A stretch of 64,000 nt of DNA from an uncultured delta proteobacterium (GTDB lineage Bacteria > Myxococcota > Myxococcia > SLRQ01). The notes under the pieces are model-generated. The model was not told the DNA's origin and searched no databases. It was given only the letters and a program-made list of their open reading frames with translations. Of the stretch, positions 1 to 10,745 are shown in pieces. Every line of letters starts with the position of its first letter. Positions within the stretch are counted from its first letter, which is position 1. The DNA lies in contig CAVSGM010000011.1 in NCBI GenBank assembly GCA_963727485.1, forward strand, positions 864,001 to 928,000. The letters run 5' to 3'. The position numbers and the translations under genes were made by a program.

Positions 1-126
1 TGCTTGGTTCCCGCCATGACCGTGCACTATAGCACCGCCGGTGGCCGTGCCAGGGACCGGGGAGGGACCGGTGGGAGAGCCGGCCATTGACACCTCGGTG
101 ACGATCGGTCAAACACTCCGGCACCC

Positions 127-732
127 ATGCGTCTGGAGCCCAAGGAGACCGGCTGGATCGAGGTCATCTGCGGCCCGATGTTCTCGGGCAAGACCGAGGA
201 GCTGATCCGCCGGGTGAAGCGGGCCCAGATCGCCCGGCAGGCGGTCCAGATCTTCAAGCCCCGCATCGACGACCGCTACCACGCCTACAAGGTGGTCTCC
301 CACTCCCAGGTCTCCGAAGTGGCGACCCCGGTGGATCGCGCCGACGAGATCCTCACCCTGCTGGCGGCCGAGACCGACGTGGTGGCGGTGGACGAGGGGC
401 AGTTCTTCGAGGCGGAGCTGGTGGAGATCTGCGAGCAGCTCGCCTCGGCGGGCAAGCGGGTGATCGTCGCCGGCCTCGACCAGGACTACCGGGGCGTGCC
501 CTTCGAGCCCATGCCCCAGCTCCTCGCCGTCGCCGAGTACGTCACCAAGCAGCTCGCCATCTGCGTGGTCTGCGGGAACCCCGCCAGCCGCTCCCAGCGC
601 ATCGTCGACACCGCCGATCGGGTGGTGGTCGGCGCCGGGGGCACCTACGAGGCGCGGTGCCGCGCCTGCTTCGACCCGGGCCACGACGCCGAGCCCGCCC
701 CCGACCAGCCCGAGCTCGACCTGAAAGGCTAG
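127..732 (+). CDS. tdk: thymidine kinase
   Basis: GPMFSGKT P-loop, VDEGQF, AGLDQDYRG, zinc-binding CVVC...RCRAC. Confidence 0.97.
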   Translation: MRLEPKETGWIEVICGPMFSGKTEELIRRVKRAQIARQAVQIFKPRIDDRYHAYKVVSHSQVSEVATPVDRADEILTLLAAETDVVAVDEGQFFEAELVEICEQLASAGKRVIVAGLDQDYRGVPFEPMPQLLAVAEYVTKQLAICVVCGNPASRSQRIVDTADRVVVGAGGTYEARCRACFDPGHDAEPAPDQPELDLKG

Positions 733-736
733 CCCC

Positions 737-1552
737 ATGCGCGACCACACCTACGACCACATCCCCTGGAAGCCCTCCGAGATCGCGCACCGCTACGGCG
801 CCGGGGTCCACATCCTCGCCGACCCGTTCCTCCTGGGGCAGCTCGCGGTCCTCTGCGCCAAGGGCACCATCCAGCCCGAGGTGAACCGCCTGGTGGCGGA
901 GATCTACCGGAGCCTGGTGAAGGTGGCGATCAACACCGAGTTCCCCCGGCACCCGGTGAGCATGCCCACGCGGATGATCGAGCACACGCCCCAGGGCATC
1001 TTCCAGGGCGAGGTCATCGACCCGGAGACCCGGGCGGTGACCGTGAACATCGCCCGCGCCGGCACCCTCCCCAGCCAGATCACCTTCGATCTGCTCAACA
1101 CCGTCCTCGACCCGCCCCTGGTGCGCCAGGACCACATCATCATGAACCGCACCACCGACGCCGAGGGCCACGTGACCGGCATCGACGTGGGGGGCTCGAA
1201 GATCGGCGGCGACGTGGACGACGCCATCGTCCTCTTCCCCGATCCCATGGGGGCCACCGGCGGGTCCCTGTCCACCGCGCTGGACATCTACAAGCGCGAG
1301 GTCCAGGGGGCCCCGCGCAAGCTGGTGGCCCTGAACCTCATCGTCACCCCCGAGTACCTCAAGCGGGTGAAGGCCGATCACCCCGAGGCCATCGTCTACG
1401 CCGTGCGCCTCGATCGCGGGCTCTCGCCCCCGGAGATCTTCGACACCGTCCCCGGCGAGCGCTGGGACGAGGAGCGGGGGCTCTCGGACAAGCAGTACAT
1501 CGTCCCCGGCGGCGGCGGCTTCGGGGAGATCATGAACAACGCCTTCGTCTAG
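737..1552 (+). CDS. upp: uracil phosphoribosyltransferase-like PRTase
   Basis: IARAG, PRPP loop DPMGATGGS, C-terminal YIVPGGGGFG; lies between tdk and hpt. Confidence 0.85.
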   Translation: MRDHTYDHIPWKPSEIAHRYGAGVHILADPFLLGQLAVLCAKGTIQPEVNRLVAEIYRSLVKVAINTEFPRHPVSMPTRMIEHTPQGIFQGEVIDPETRAVTVNIARAGTLPSQITFDLLNTVLDPPLVRQDHIIMNRTTDAEGHVTGIDVGGSKIGGDVDDAIVLFPDPMGATGGSLSTALDIYKREVQGAPRKLVALNLIVTPEYLKRVKADHPEAIVYAVRLDRGLSPPEIFDTVPGERWDEERGLSDKQYIVPGGGGFGEIMNNAFV

Positions 1553-1571
1553 CCCGTCCGAAAGGAATCCC

Positions 1572-2120
1572 ATGGCCCTCCCCGAGCTCTCCCAGGACGT
1601 CACCGTCTTCCTCGAAGCGGAGAAGATCCAGGCCCGCGTGGCCGAGATGGGTGCCGAGATCACCCGCGACTACCAGGGCCAGGGCCTGACCCTGGTGGTG
1701 ATCCTCAAGGGGTCGTTCGTCTTCGCCTCGGACCTCGCCCGGCACATCGATCTGCCGCTGGCCGTCGACTTCATCGGGCTCTCGTCCTACGGCTCGGCGA
1801 CGGAGAGCTCGGGGGTGGTCCGGATCACCCAGGACCTCTCCCAGGCGATCGAGGGTCGACATCTGCTGGTGGTAGAGGACATCATCGATACCGGGCTGAC
1901 CATGAAGTACCTCCTCGAGAACCTCCAGAGCCGTCACCCGGCGAGCATCCGCGTCGCCAGCCTCCTCGAGAAGCCGGCCCGCAACCAGCACGCGGTGGAG
2001 ATCGACTACCGCGGCTTCGAGATCCCCGACGCCTTCGTGGTCGGCTACGGTCTCGACTTCGGCGAGCGCTACCGGAACCTGCCGTTCCTGGGCGTGCTCC
2101 GCGAGGAGGCCCGTGACTAG
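1572..2120 (+). CDS. hpt: hypoxanthine phosphoribosyltransferase
   Basis: ILKGSFVF, SSYG, VEDIIDTGLT, FVVGYGLD...YRNLP. Confidence 0.97.
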   Translation: MALPELSQDVTVFLEAEKIQARVAEMGAEITRDYQGQGLTLVVILKGSFVFASDLARHIDLPLAVDFIGLSSYGSATESSGVVRITQDLSQAIEGRHLLVVEDIIDTGLTMKYLLENLQSRHPASIRVASLLEKPARNQHAVEIDYRGFEIPDAFVVGYGLDFGERYRNLPFLGVLREEARD

Positions 2121-3127
2121 CGGGGACAAGAAACCAGGGCCCGACGTCTTCTCCATCCTCTTCGAGATCACCCAGCGGATGGCGCGCGGGGTGCCGCTGG
2201 AGGAGGCTCTCACCGAGATCGCCAAGGCGGCCGCCGAGCTCTCCGGCGGGGACGGGTGCTCGGTGATGCTCCTCGACGAGGAGCGCACCGCCCTGCTGTC
2301 CCGCGCCACCTTCGGGATCCCCGACGCGGAGGCCCACCTGGTCCGCTTCCGCCTCGGGGAGGGCATCGCCGGCTGGGTCGCCACCCACGACGAGCCGGCC
2401 CGGGTCGGCGACACCGCGGGCGACGATTGCTTCAAGGCCCTCGAGGGGCAGACCACGCGCATCCGCAGCATCTGCTGCGTGCCGCTGTCCACCCGCGACG
2501 GGGTCATCGGCGTCATCACCGTCCACGCGGCGAGGCAGCAGGCGTTCAGCGACGAGCACGAGCGGCTCCTGCGCTTCCTCGCCGCCTCCATCGTCAAGGA
2601 CGTGGAGAACGCACGCCTCTACCGCCTCGCGGTCACCGATCCCCTCACCCGGGTCTACAACCGCCAGTGGCTCTTCGAGCGGCTCCCGGCGGAGATCGAT
2701 CGCCACCGCCGCTACGGCGACCCCCTGGCCCTGGTGATGTTCGACGTGGACCACTTCAAGAAGGTCAACGACACCTACGGCCACCAGGTGGGCGACGACG
2801 CCCTCAAGGCGCTCGCCATGGCCGCCCTCGAGGTGGTCCGCGAGGTCGACGGGGTGGTGCGCTACGGGGGCGAGGAGTTCCTGGTGATCTCGCCGAAGAC
2901 CGACGCCGCCGGCGCCGCGGTGGTCGCCGAGCGCCTCCGGGAGCGGGTGGAGGCGGTGCGCATCCCCGCCGGCGACGCCACGGTGAAGATCACCATCAGC
3001 CTCGGGGTCGCCGAGCTGGGCCCCTCGGACCGGGAGGCCGCCGATCTCCATCGCCCGGGTCGACGCCGCCCTCTTCGAGGCGAAGAACTCCGGCCGGAAC
3101 CGGGTGGTCGTCGCCCCGGCGGGGTAG
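2113..3127 (+). CDS. GAF-GGDEF diguanylate cyclase (one +1 frameshift near 3048)
   Basis: GAF region, DPLT, DVDHFKKVND, I-site REVD, GGEEF. The C-terminus ARVDAALFEAKNSGRNRV continues in the +1 frame to TAG at 3125-3127. Confidence 0.9.
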
Positions 3128-3168
3128 GGCCGTGGCCTCGCTCGCGGTCGGGACCGGGGGTCACGTCC

Positions 3169-3197
3169 TTTACAGGGGCGTGTCGCGGGGATAGACC
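3169..3197 (+). promoter_or_regulatory. sigma70-like promoter for the gene at 3207
   Basis: TTTACA-N17-TAGACC just upstream of ATG 3207. Confidence 0.45.
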
Positions 3198-3206
3198 TCC
3201 CGTGCC

Positions 3207-4154
3207 ATGTACGAAGACGAGACCGAGATGAAGCCCACGAGGAGCGCCGGCGGGGGCCTGGGCCGCGCGCTGAAGAACCTCCTCCTCCTCATCCTTGTCC
3301 TGGCCCTCGGCTTCGGCTTCCTCTACCTGGTGGCCGAGCGCAACGCCCGGCGCTACTTCCTGGTGCCCGAGGGGGGCAACCTGGTGGTCAAGCGCGGGAT
3401 CTTCTTCCCCGTCGGCGAGAAGCCCTACCTCCCCGACGACCCGGGGCTGGCGGCCGCCTACGCGCCCATCCCCCTGCCTGCGACCGGACCCAAGGTCGGG
3501 CCCCAGGACTTCGAAGAGCGCTCGGACCTCGACCGCACGCTCTTCGACGAGCTCCTCGCCTGGGCCAAGCCGCGGATCCACAGCGGCGAGTCCAAGAGCA
3601 TGGAGAAGGGCATCTACTATCTGCGGCGGGCCGAGAAGCTCCCGACCTACACCGAGGCCCAGCGGACCACCCTCGAGGAGCTCCAGGGCGAGGTGAGCTA
3701 CTACGAGGCCAAGCGGCGCCTCGGCGACGCGGTGGACACCCTGGAGAAGGTGGCCCAGCAGCTCAAGCGCGCCCGGGACTCCGGGAGCGCCCGGGCCCAC
3801 GAGAGCCAGGCGCTCCTCGCGGCGATCGAGGGGCACGTCGACGCCCTCCAGGGCGTCCTCGATCGGCTCAAGGGGGGCGGGAAGCTGCCGCTGCCCGCCA
3901 CCGACGGGGGCGCGGCGCCGACGCCCGTGCCCCAGGGCACCGAGGAGACCGGGGGGGCCACCGGTGCCGCCCCGGCCCACGAGGCCACGACCCCGGCCCC
4001 GGCCCACGAGGCCGCGACCCCGACGCCCCACCGGGCGCCGGCGCCGGCTCCGTCGGCCCCCGCGCCCCGCACCCAGGCCACCCCCGCGCCCCACACCCAG
4101 GTCGCCCCCGCGCCGGCGAAGCAGCCCGCGGCCGCCCCCGCCGACGGGCAGTAG
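3207..4154 (+). CDS. hypothetical protein: N-terminal TM helix, helical domain, Pro/Ala-rich tail
   Basis: Hydrophobic LLLLILVLALGFGFLYLV; codon usage typical of real genes in this window. Confidence 0.8.
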   Translation: MYEDETEMKPTRSAGGGLGRALKNLLLLILVLALGFGFLYLVAERNARRYFLVPEGGNLVVKRGIFFPVGEKPYLPDDPGLAAAYAPIPLPATGPKVGPQDFEERSDLDRTLFDELLAWAKPRIHSGESKSMEKGIYYLRRAEKLPTYTEAQRTTLEELQGEVSYYEAKRRLGDAVDTLEKVAQQLKRARDSGSARAHESQALLAAIEGHVDALQGVLDRLKGGGKLPLPATDGGAAPTPVPQGTEETGGATGAAPAHEATTPAPAHEAATPTPHRAPAPAPSAPAPRTQATPAPHTQVAPAPAKQPAAAPADGQ

Positions 4155-4227
4155 ACCCGGTCGCACCCGGGCCCACCCGGTCGGCAACTGGCGATGAACG
4201 CCGGGCTTCTCTAGACTGGGTGTCCCC

Positions 4228-7200
4228 TTGGCGAAGCCCGGTGGCCTTCAGGCCGGGCCGGAGGCGCGTGCGATGCGGGTGTTCGGCGAGCGCGGGCTCG
4301 CGGCGGTGCTACCCCGATACCTCTTTCTCGAGCCTCTCCTGGCCCGCGCCCGGGTCCTCGAGGTGGGGCTGTGGCGCGCCACCGACGGCGACGCCGCCCG
4401 GCGCCTTCACGCCCTCGGGGCCGCGGAGGTGTTCGCCGTGGACGCGGGGATCGCGGCCGCCTGGGCCGACGGGGTCCGCTGCCTCCCGTTCGCCGCCGGC
4501 GACGCGCTCCCCGACGACCTCCCCGCCGGGGCCTTCGACCTGGTGATCTGCGGGGACGGCGCCTGGCTCCTCGCCCACCTCGAGGCGGTGGCGCGCCTGC
4601 TCTCGCGCCGGGGGCACCTGGTGGTGTGGGCCGCCGAGGCCGAGGGGCTGCTCACCGAGGCCCTCCTCGGGGCGTCGGCGGGCCAGGGGCCCGGGTACGC
4701 CGAGCTGGTCGAGCCCCTGAACGCGCACTTCGAGACCGTGGAGGTGGTGGTCGAGTCCACCTTCGTGGGCACCTCGCTGGTGGCCGCCGGCACCGACCCC
4801 GACGGCCTCGCCCTCGACGACCGGCTGATCACCGACGACGAGGCGGCCCTGGGGTACCTCCTCCTCGCCGGGCGTGGGGCCACCGGGCTCTCGGACCAGG
4901 CGCTGGTGCAGCTCCCGACCGCCGGGTTCCTGGCGGCGGCCGCGGACCTCGAGGCGGCGGAAGAGCCCGAGGTGGCCGCGGAGCTCGAGGCGGCGGAAGA
5001 GCCCGAGGTGGCCGCAGAGCCCGAGGCGGCGGAAGAGGCCGAAGCAGCCGACGCGGACGCGGCCGTCCCCACCGGAACTCTGGAGGAGGCCGCCGCGCGG
5101 CTCCTCGCCGCCCGGCACCGGGCCGACGCCGCCGACCGGGGCCGACAGGCCTGGCGCCGCCGGGCCGAGACGGCGACCCGGGCCATCGCTGCCGCCGAGA
5201 AGGACGCCGCGCGGGAGGCCTTCCGGGCCGAGGAGGCCCAGCGCCTGGGGTTCGAGGTCGAGTCCCGGGCCCGCGCCCTCGCCGCCGAGGTCGAGGCGGC
5301 CCGCGGCGAGCTCGAGCGCCTCCGGGAGGTCGCCGCGGCCGCCACGGCCCGGGGCGACGAGCGGGACACCTGGCTCGCCGGGCTCCGGGAGGAGGTCGAG
5401 CGCCTCGAGGGGGAGCTCGCCGCGGTCCGGGAGGCCGAGGACGGGCTCCGCAAGGCCCTCGCCGAGACCACCCGAGCCCGTGACGCGGCCCTCTCCGCCG
5501 CCGAGGAGGCCCGCGCCCAGGGGACCGCCCGGGCCCGGGAGCGCGACGCCGCCCAGGGCGAGGCGGAGGCCACCGCGGTGCGCCTCGGGGCCATCGAGGC
5601 CGAGCTTCGTGGGGTCCAGCGCCGGCGCACCAGCCTGGAGCAGACCCAGGCCCAGCTCCGCGCCGAGGTGGAGATGCTCCGTGGGGCCCTCGAGGAGGCC
5701 CGGGCCGATCACGCCGTCACCGCCGAGCGGGCGCGGGGGCTCGAGGCCGAGCTCGCCCGGGTGACCGAGGCCCGGGACGGGCTCGAGGCCGAGCTGAAGA
5801 CCGCTGGCGCCGAGCTCGAGGTCCGGGCCGGGCGCCTCGAGGCCCTCCTCGCCCGCGCCGACGGCGCCGAGGCCGAGACCGGGGCCCTGCGCCAGGCCCT
5901 CCGGGAGGCCCGGCGCGCCGAGGAGACCCGCGCCCGAGAGGCCGACGCCGCCCTCGCCGAGGCCCGCGCCGAGGCCGAGTCCCGGATCCGGGCCGCCGAG
6001 ACGGAGGCCGAGCGCCTCGGGTCGGAGCTCGCGGCGGCGGGTGAGCGCACCGCCGAGCTCGAGTCCGACGTGGTGGCCCTGGTCAACGAGCGCGAGACCC
6101 TCCAGGCGTCCCTCCAGGACGTCGACGCCCGGGTGGCCGCGGCCCGGGAGGAGGGGCAGGGCGCCGCCGACGAGGCCCTCGCCGCCCTCGAGGCCGAGCG
6201 GGCCCGGGCCGCGGGCCTGGAGCAGCGCCTCGCCGAGGTGCAGGCCGAGACCCGCCTCGAGGTGGAGACCGCGCGCCGCGTCGCCGAGGAGGCCGAGGCG
6301 GACGGGGAGCGCCGCGTCGCCGAGGCGGAGGCGGAGGGTGAGCGGCTCGTCGCCGAGGCGGAGGCGGAGGGTGAGCGGCTCGTCGCCGAGGCCGAGGCGG
6401 AGGGTGAGCGGCTCGTCGCCGAGGCCGAGGCGGAGAGCGAGCGCCGGGTCGCCGAGGCCGAGGCCCGGGCGGAGGCCGCCCTCTCCGAGGCGGAGGCGAC
6501 GGTCGCCGAGCGGGTGGCCGAGCTGGAGGCGGAGAGCGAGCGCCGGGTCGCCGAGGCCGAGGCCCGGGTCGAGGCCGCGGAGGCGCGGGCCGGCGACGCC
6601 GAGAGCAGGTTGGAGGCGGCCGAGCGGGCCGCCAGCGAGGCGGCCAGCCGCCTCGAGGAAGCCGAGCGCCGGGCCGGCGACGCGGAGTTCAAGCTGGAGG
6701 CCGCCGAGACCGACGCCAGCGACGCCGAGGCGAAGCTGGCAGACGCCGAGCGCCGGGCGACCGAGGCAGAGGCCCGGGTCGAGGCCGCCGAGCGCCGGGC
6801 CAGCGACGCCGTCGACGCCCGGGACGTGGCCGACGGGGCCCGGGCCGCCGCCGAGGCGGCTCGCGACAAGGCCACCGCCGACCGGGAGGCCGCGGAGGCG
6901 GCGCGCGCGGCGGTCGAGCGCGCCCGGGACGAGGTCGAGGCCGCGCGGGCGGCGCTTGCGGGTCGCCTCGAGGCGGCGGAGGCCGCGGCGGAGGAGGCCG
7001 AGTCCAGGCTCGCCGACGCCGAGACCCGGGCGAGCGATGCCGAGTCCAGGCTCGCCGACGCCGAGACCCGGGCGACCGACGCCGAGTCCAGGCTCGCCGA
7101 CGCCGAGACCCGGGCGAGCGATGCCGAGTCCAGGCTCGCCGACGCCGAGACCGAGGCGGCCGAGGCGGCCGGCGCCCGGGAAGCCGCGCTCGAAGCCGAG

Positions 7201-8356
7201 CGCGACCGCCTCGCCGCCACCCTCGAGGAGGCCAGGGACCACGAGGAGGCCCTCGCCGCGTCGGTGACCCGGTTGACCGAGGAGAAGACGGTCCTCGAGG
7301 GGCGCCTCGAGGTCGGCGCCGGGGATGCCCAGGCCGATCGGGATCGCCTCGAGGCCCTCGAGGCTGAGCTGGAGGCCGAGCGCCGGGCGAGCGCCGAGCT
7401 CCGGGACGCCCTCGCCGAGGCCCAGGCGGCGACCGGGCGCGCCGAGGCCGCCCTCGCCGAGGCGAAGGCCAGCCCGCCGCCGCCCGAGGCCCCCGAGGCC
7501 CCCGAGGCCGAGGCGGGCGGGGGCCTCCACGACCAGCTCGTCACCGTCGAACGCGAGCGCACCGAGCTCGCGCGGGAGGCCGCGTCCCTCCGGGAGAAGA
7601 TCCACGGCCTCGAGCAGGCCCGGACCGCCGCCGAGGCCGAGCGCGACGACCGGGAGGCCACCGTCGCCGAGCTCCGGGCCAGCCTCGACCAGGCCCGGGC
7701 CCAGGTGAGCCAGATCCGGGAGGAGGCCGAGGCCCAGCGCCAGGCCGCCGAGGGCGAGGCCGCCGAGGCCCGGGCGGGGGTGGTCGCCGAGCGGGACCGC
7801 CTCCGGACCACCCTCGCCGACCGCGACGCCGAGGCCGGCCGCCTCGCCGAGGCGGAGGCGGGCCTGCGCCAGGAGGTGGCGCGCCTCCAGCTCGAGCTCC
7901 AGCGGCAGGGGGCCCAGGCCCAGGTCCTCCAGGCGCGCCTCGAGGAGGCCACCCAGGCCGCGCCGGCCGCCGAGGTCGCCGCCACCCCCGGGAAGCCCCC
8001 CATCCCCGACGAGGTCCTCCATGACCTCGAGTCCCGCCTCGACGGGGCCCAGAGCCGCGCCCGGTCCCTGGCCGACCGCCTCGACGCCGCCGAGACCCGG
8101 GCCCGGGAGGCCGACGACCGGGCGCAGGCCCTGACCCGGGACCTCGCGGCCGCCCGGAAGGCCAGGGAAGCACCCGAAAAGACTGGTGAAAAACCCCAGG
8201 AGGGGGCCGCCCCGGAGGACCTCGAGGAGCGGGAGCACCGCATCGAGCTCCTCCAGCGGGAGGTCTCCGACAAGACCGATCGGATCCAGCGTCTCCTCGC
8301 CGAGATTCGAGAACCTGCAAAAACGTGGGATTGGAAGGTTCTTCCGCGGCGGTTGA
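4228..8356 (+). CDS. degenerate SAM-methyltransferase-like N-terminal domain plus a coiled coil of about 1000 aa (+1 frameshift at about 8306; start may be ATG 4273)
   Basis: RVLEVG and FDLVIC...L.RRGHLVV Rossmann-like motifs, then Ala/Glu/Arg-rich heptad and hendecad repeats. Removing one base at GATTC 8304 gives the ending EIENLQKRGIGRFFRGG* at TGA 8354-8356, just before the next ATG. Confidence 0.75.
6280..6465 (+). repeat. 33-bp coding tandem repeat (VAEAEAEGERL, about 5 copies)
   Basis: gtcgccgaggcggaggcggagggtgagcggctc at 6316, 6349 and 6382, with variants on either side. Confidence 0.85.
6997..7152 (+). repeat. 42-bp coding tandem repeat (AESRLADAETRA(S/T)D, about 3.7 copies)
   Basis: gccgagtccaggctcgccgacgccgagacc at 6997, 7039, 7081 and 7123. 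Confidence 0.9.
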
Positions 8357-8366
8357 TACCCCCGAG

Positions 8367-10715
8367 ATGCGGCGGACTGGTCTGGCGATGGCGGGGATCC
8401 TGGCCCTTGGCGGGGTCCTGGGCGTGGCGGTGTGGCACCGCCTCGGGCGGCCGTCCCCGGCGCCGAGGCCGTCCGTGGCCGTGGCCCCGAAGGCCCTGCC
8501 CGTGCCCCCCCAGCCGGTGGGAGCCCCGGTCGGCCCCACCCGCGGCGGCCCGCCCAGCGGGCGCATCTGCGGCCTGGTGGTCGACGCCGCCTCCCACGCC
8601 CCGGTCCCCGCCGCCCTGGTGGCCATCCGGGGCCCGGCGGGCTCGGAGACCACCAGCGCCGACGGCGACGGCCACTTCTGCTTCGAGCAGCTCCTGGCCG
8701 GGAGCTACTGCCTGGTGGCGCGGCTCGAGGGGCGCAGCTCCCAGGCGGTGGACGGCCTCCCCCTCGCCTCCGGCCAGGCCCTCGGCGACGTGGCCCTGAT
8801 CCTCGGCGGCGGGGTTCGGGTGAGCGGCCGGGTCCGGGACCGCCTCTCGGGCCAGGGGGTCGCGGGCGCCCGGGTCTCCGCCCGGGTCGACGGCCTCGGG
8901 GTCGCCGCCGCCACCACCGACGGCGACGGGGACTACCGCCTCGACGGCCTCGGCGCCGGCCGCCACGTCCTGACGGTGACGGCCCGGGGCTATGCCGGGG
9001 GCCGGGTCGACCTCCGGGTGGGCGGCAAGCGCCCGATCACCGGCGTCGACCTCTGGCTCGATCCCGGCGCCACCCTCCGGGGCCGGGTGGTGGACCCGGA
9101 CGGCAAGCCGGTGGCCGGCGCCGTGGTCTCCACCAGCTCCTACCGCCTCGCCGCCTCGCCGGCGCCGGTGGTCGCCAGCGCCCGGGACGGCGCGGTCACC
9201 GCCCCGGACGGCACCTTCCACCTGGTGGCCCCCCCGGGCCTGGTGACCCTCTACGCCACCGCCGAGGCCCTGGGCCCCGGCCGCCTCGGCGGGGTGCAGG
9301 CCACCGCCGGGGCCACCGTCAAGGGCCTGGTCATCCACCTCACCCGCCCGGCGGGCCTCACCCTCCAGGTCACCGCCCCCGACGGCAGCCCGGTCCCCGG
9401 GGCCCGGGTCCGGGTGGTCTGCGGCGGGAACCTGCTCTGCGCCTTCGCCACCGTCGGCGAGGGCGGCATCCTCGAGCTCACCCACCTCGCCCCCGGCGCC
9501 GCCCGGGTCCGCGCCGACGCCCCGGGCCTCGGCGAGGCCGGCGCCGAGATCACCCTCGACGCGGGCCTCAAGCGGCGCCTCACCCTGGTCCTCGGGGGCA
9601 CCGGCACCATCGCCGGGCGCCTGGTGGGGGTCGAGGGCGGGCCCATCTCGGGCGCGGTCATCCGCCTGGCCTCCGAGCTCACCCCCGGCGACGCCCGGCA
9701 GGTCGTCACCGGCGACGACGGCACCTTCCTCATCCAGGCCCCGGTCCAGGTGCCCTTCACCGTCGACGCCCTGTGGCACGGCGGCCCGGTCGCCGAGCGC
9801 CGGGGCGTCGAGGCCGGGGACCAGCTCCACCTGGTGGCCCGGGCCGCCGGGCGGATCACAGGCCAGGTCCTCGGCCCCGACGGCCAGCCGGTCACCGACT
9901 TCACCGTGGTCGCCGTCCCCGGCCCGTCGTCCGACGACAGCGGCCGCAGCGGCTACACCCGCCGCCGCTTCGCCACCGACACCGGCGACTTCGCCCTCGA
10001 CCACGTCCCCGCCGGCCGCTACCGGGTGCGGGCCTTCGCGCCGGGGGCCGCCACCAGCCGGGAGGTGCAGGTGGAGGTCGATCCCGGAACCGAGGCCGGC
10101 CCCCTGCGCCTGGTCCTCGGCGCCGCCGGGCGCATCTCCGGTCGGGTGGTCGACGCTCACGGCCGCCCCGTCGCCGGCGCCCGGGTGTCGGTGGACTTCG
10201 GGGGCGTGTACGGCATCGGCCGGTTCACCGGGGAGACCGGCCCGGTGACCGAGAGCGGCGCCGACGGTGCGTTCCTCCTCACCGACGTCCCGGCGGGCCA
10301 GGCCTCCCGGGTCTTCGCCTACCGCCCCGACCACCTCATGGGCGCCGCGGGCCCGGTCACCGTCGGCCCCGGCAGCGACGCCGGCCCGGTGACCATCCAC
10401 CTCCGGGCGCCGCCCCACACCCCGCCGAGCCAGGCCGAGGCCTTCGGCGGCGTGGGGATGACCATCGGCAGCCCCGGGGGCGGCCAGGTGCTCGTGGAGC
10501 ACGTCTACGAGGGCGGGCCTGCGTTCTTCGCCGGGCTCCGGGACGGCGACGTCCTCCTCTCGGTGGACGGGAAGTCCGTGGAGGCCCTCGGCCTCCCGGG
10601 GACCCTCCAGGCCATCCGCGGGCCCGTGGGGAGCCTGGTGACCCTGGAGGTGAACCGGCCCACCACCGGCGACCACTTCGTCGCCCGGGTGGTCCGGGTG
10701 CTCCTGCGCCTCTGA
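8367..10715 (+). CDS. membrane-anchored protein with carboxypeptidase-regulatory-like repeats and a C-terminal PDZ domain
   Basis: Repeated GRVVDxxGxPVAGARV beta-sandwich units; FGGVGMTI...GGPAFFAGLRDGDVLLSVDG PDZ; N-terminal TM helix. Confidence 0.85.
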   Translation: MRRTGLAMAGILALGGVLGVAVWHRLGRPSPAPRPSVAVAPKALPVPPQPVGAPVGPTRGGPPSGRICGLVVDAASHAPVPAALVAIRGPAGSETTSADGDGHFCFEQLLAGSYCLVARLEGRSSQAVDGLPLASGQALGDVALILGGGVRVSGRVRDRLSGQGVAGARVSARVDGLGVAAATTDGDGDYRLDGLGAGRHVLTVTARGYAGGRVDLRVGGKRPITGVDLWLDPGATLRGRVVDPDGKPVAGAVVSTSSYRLAASPAPVVASARDGAVTAPDGTFHLVAPPGLVTLYATAEALGPGRLGGVQATAGATVKGLVIHLTRPAGLTLQVTAPDGSPVPGARVRVVCGGNLLCAFATVGEGGILELTHLAPGAARVRADAPGLGEAGAEITLDAGLKRRLTLVLGGTGTIAGRLVGVEGGPISGAVIRLASELTPGDARQVVTGDDGTFLIQAPVQVPFTVDALWHGGPVAERRGVEAGDQLHLVARAAGRITGQVLGPDGQPVTDFTVVAVPGPSSDDSGRSGYTRRRFATDTGDFALDHVPAGRYRVRAFAPGAATSREVQVEVDPGTEAGPLRLVLGAAGRISGRVVDAHGRPVAGARVSVDFGGVYGIGRFTGETGPVTESGADGAFLLTDVPAGQASRVFAYRPDHLMGAAGPVTVGPGSDAGPVTIHLRAPPHTPPSQAEAFGGVGMTIGSPGGGQVLVEHVYEGGPAFFAGLRDGDVLLSVDGKSVEALGLPGTLQAIRGPVGSLVTLEVNRPTTGDHFVARVVRVLLRL

Positions 10716-10745
10716 CCCGGGCGGCGCGTCCCGGTCCCCCCGGCG

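Noticed and set aside
1..17. Possible start of a divergent minus-strand gene (ATG at 17, MAGTK...)
   Set aside because: Only five codons are visible, which is too little to support a call.
4309..10676. Very long antisense and alternate-frame ORFs (for example 4309..8238 -, 5709..10676 -, and many similar across the window)
   Set aside because: Shadow ORFs expected at this GC content. They give low-complexity Arg/Gly/Pro or mirror translations with no motifs and overlap well-supported genes.
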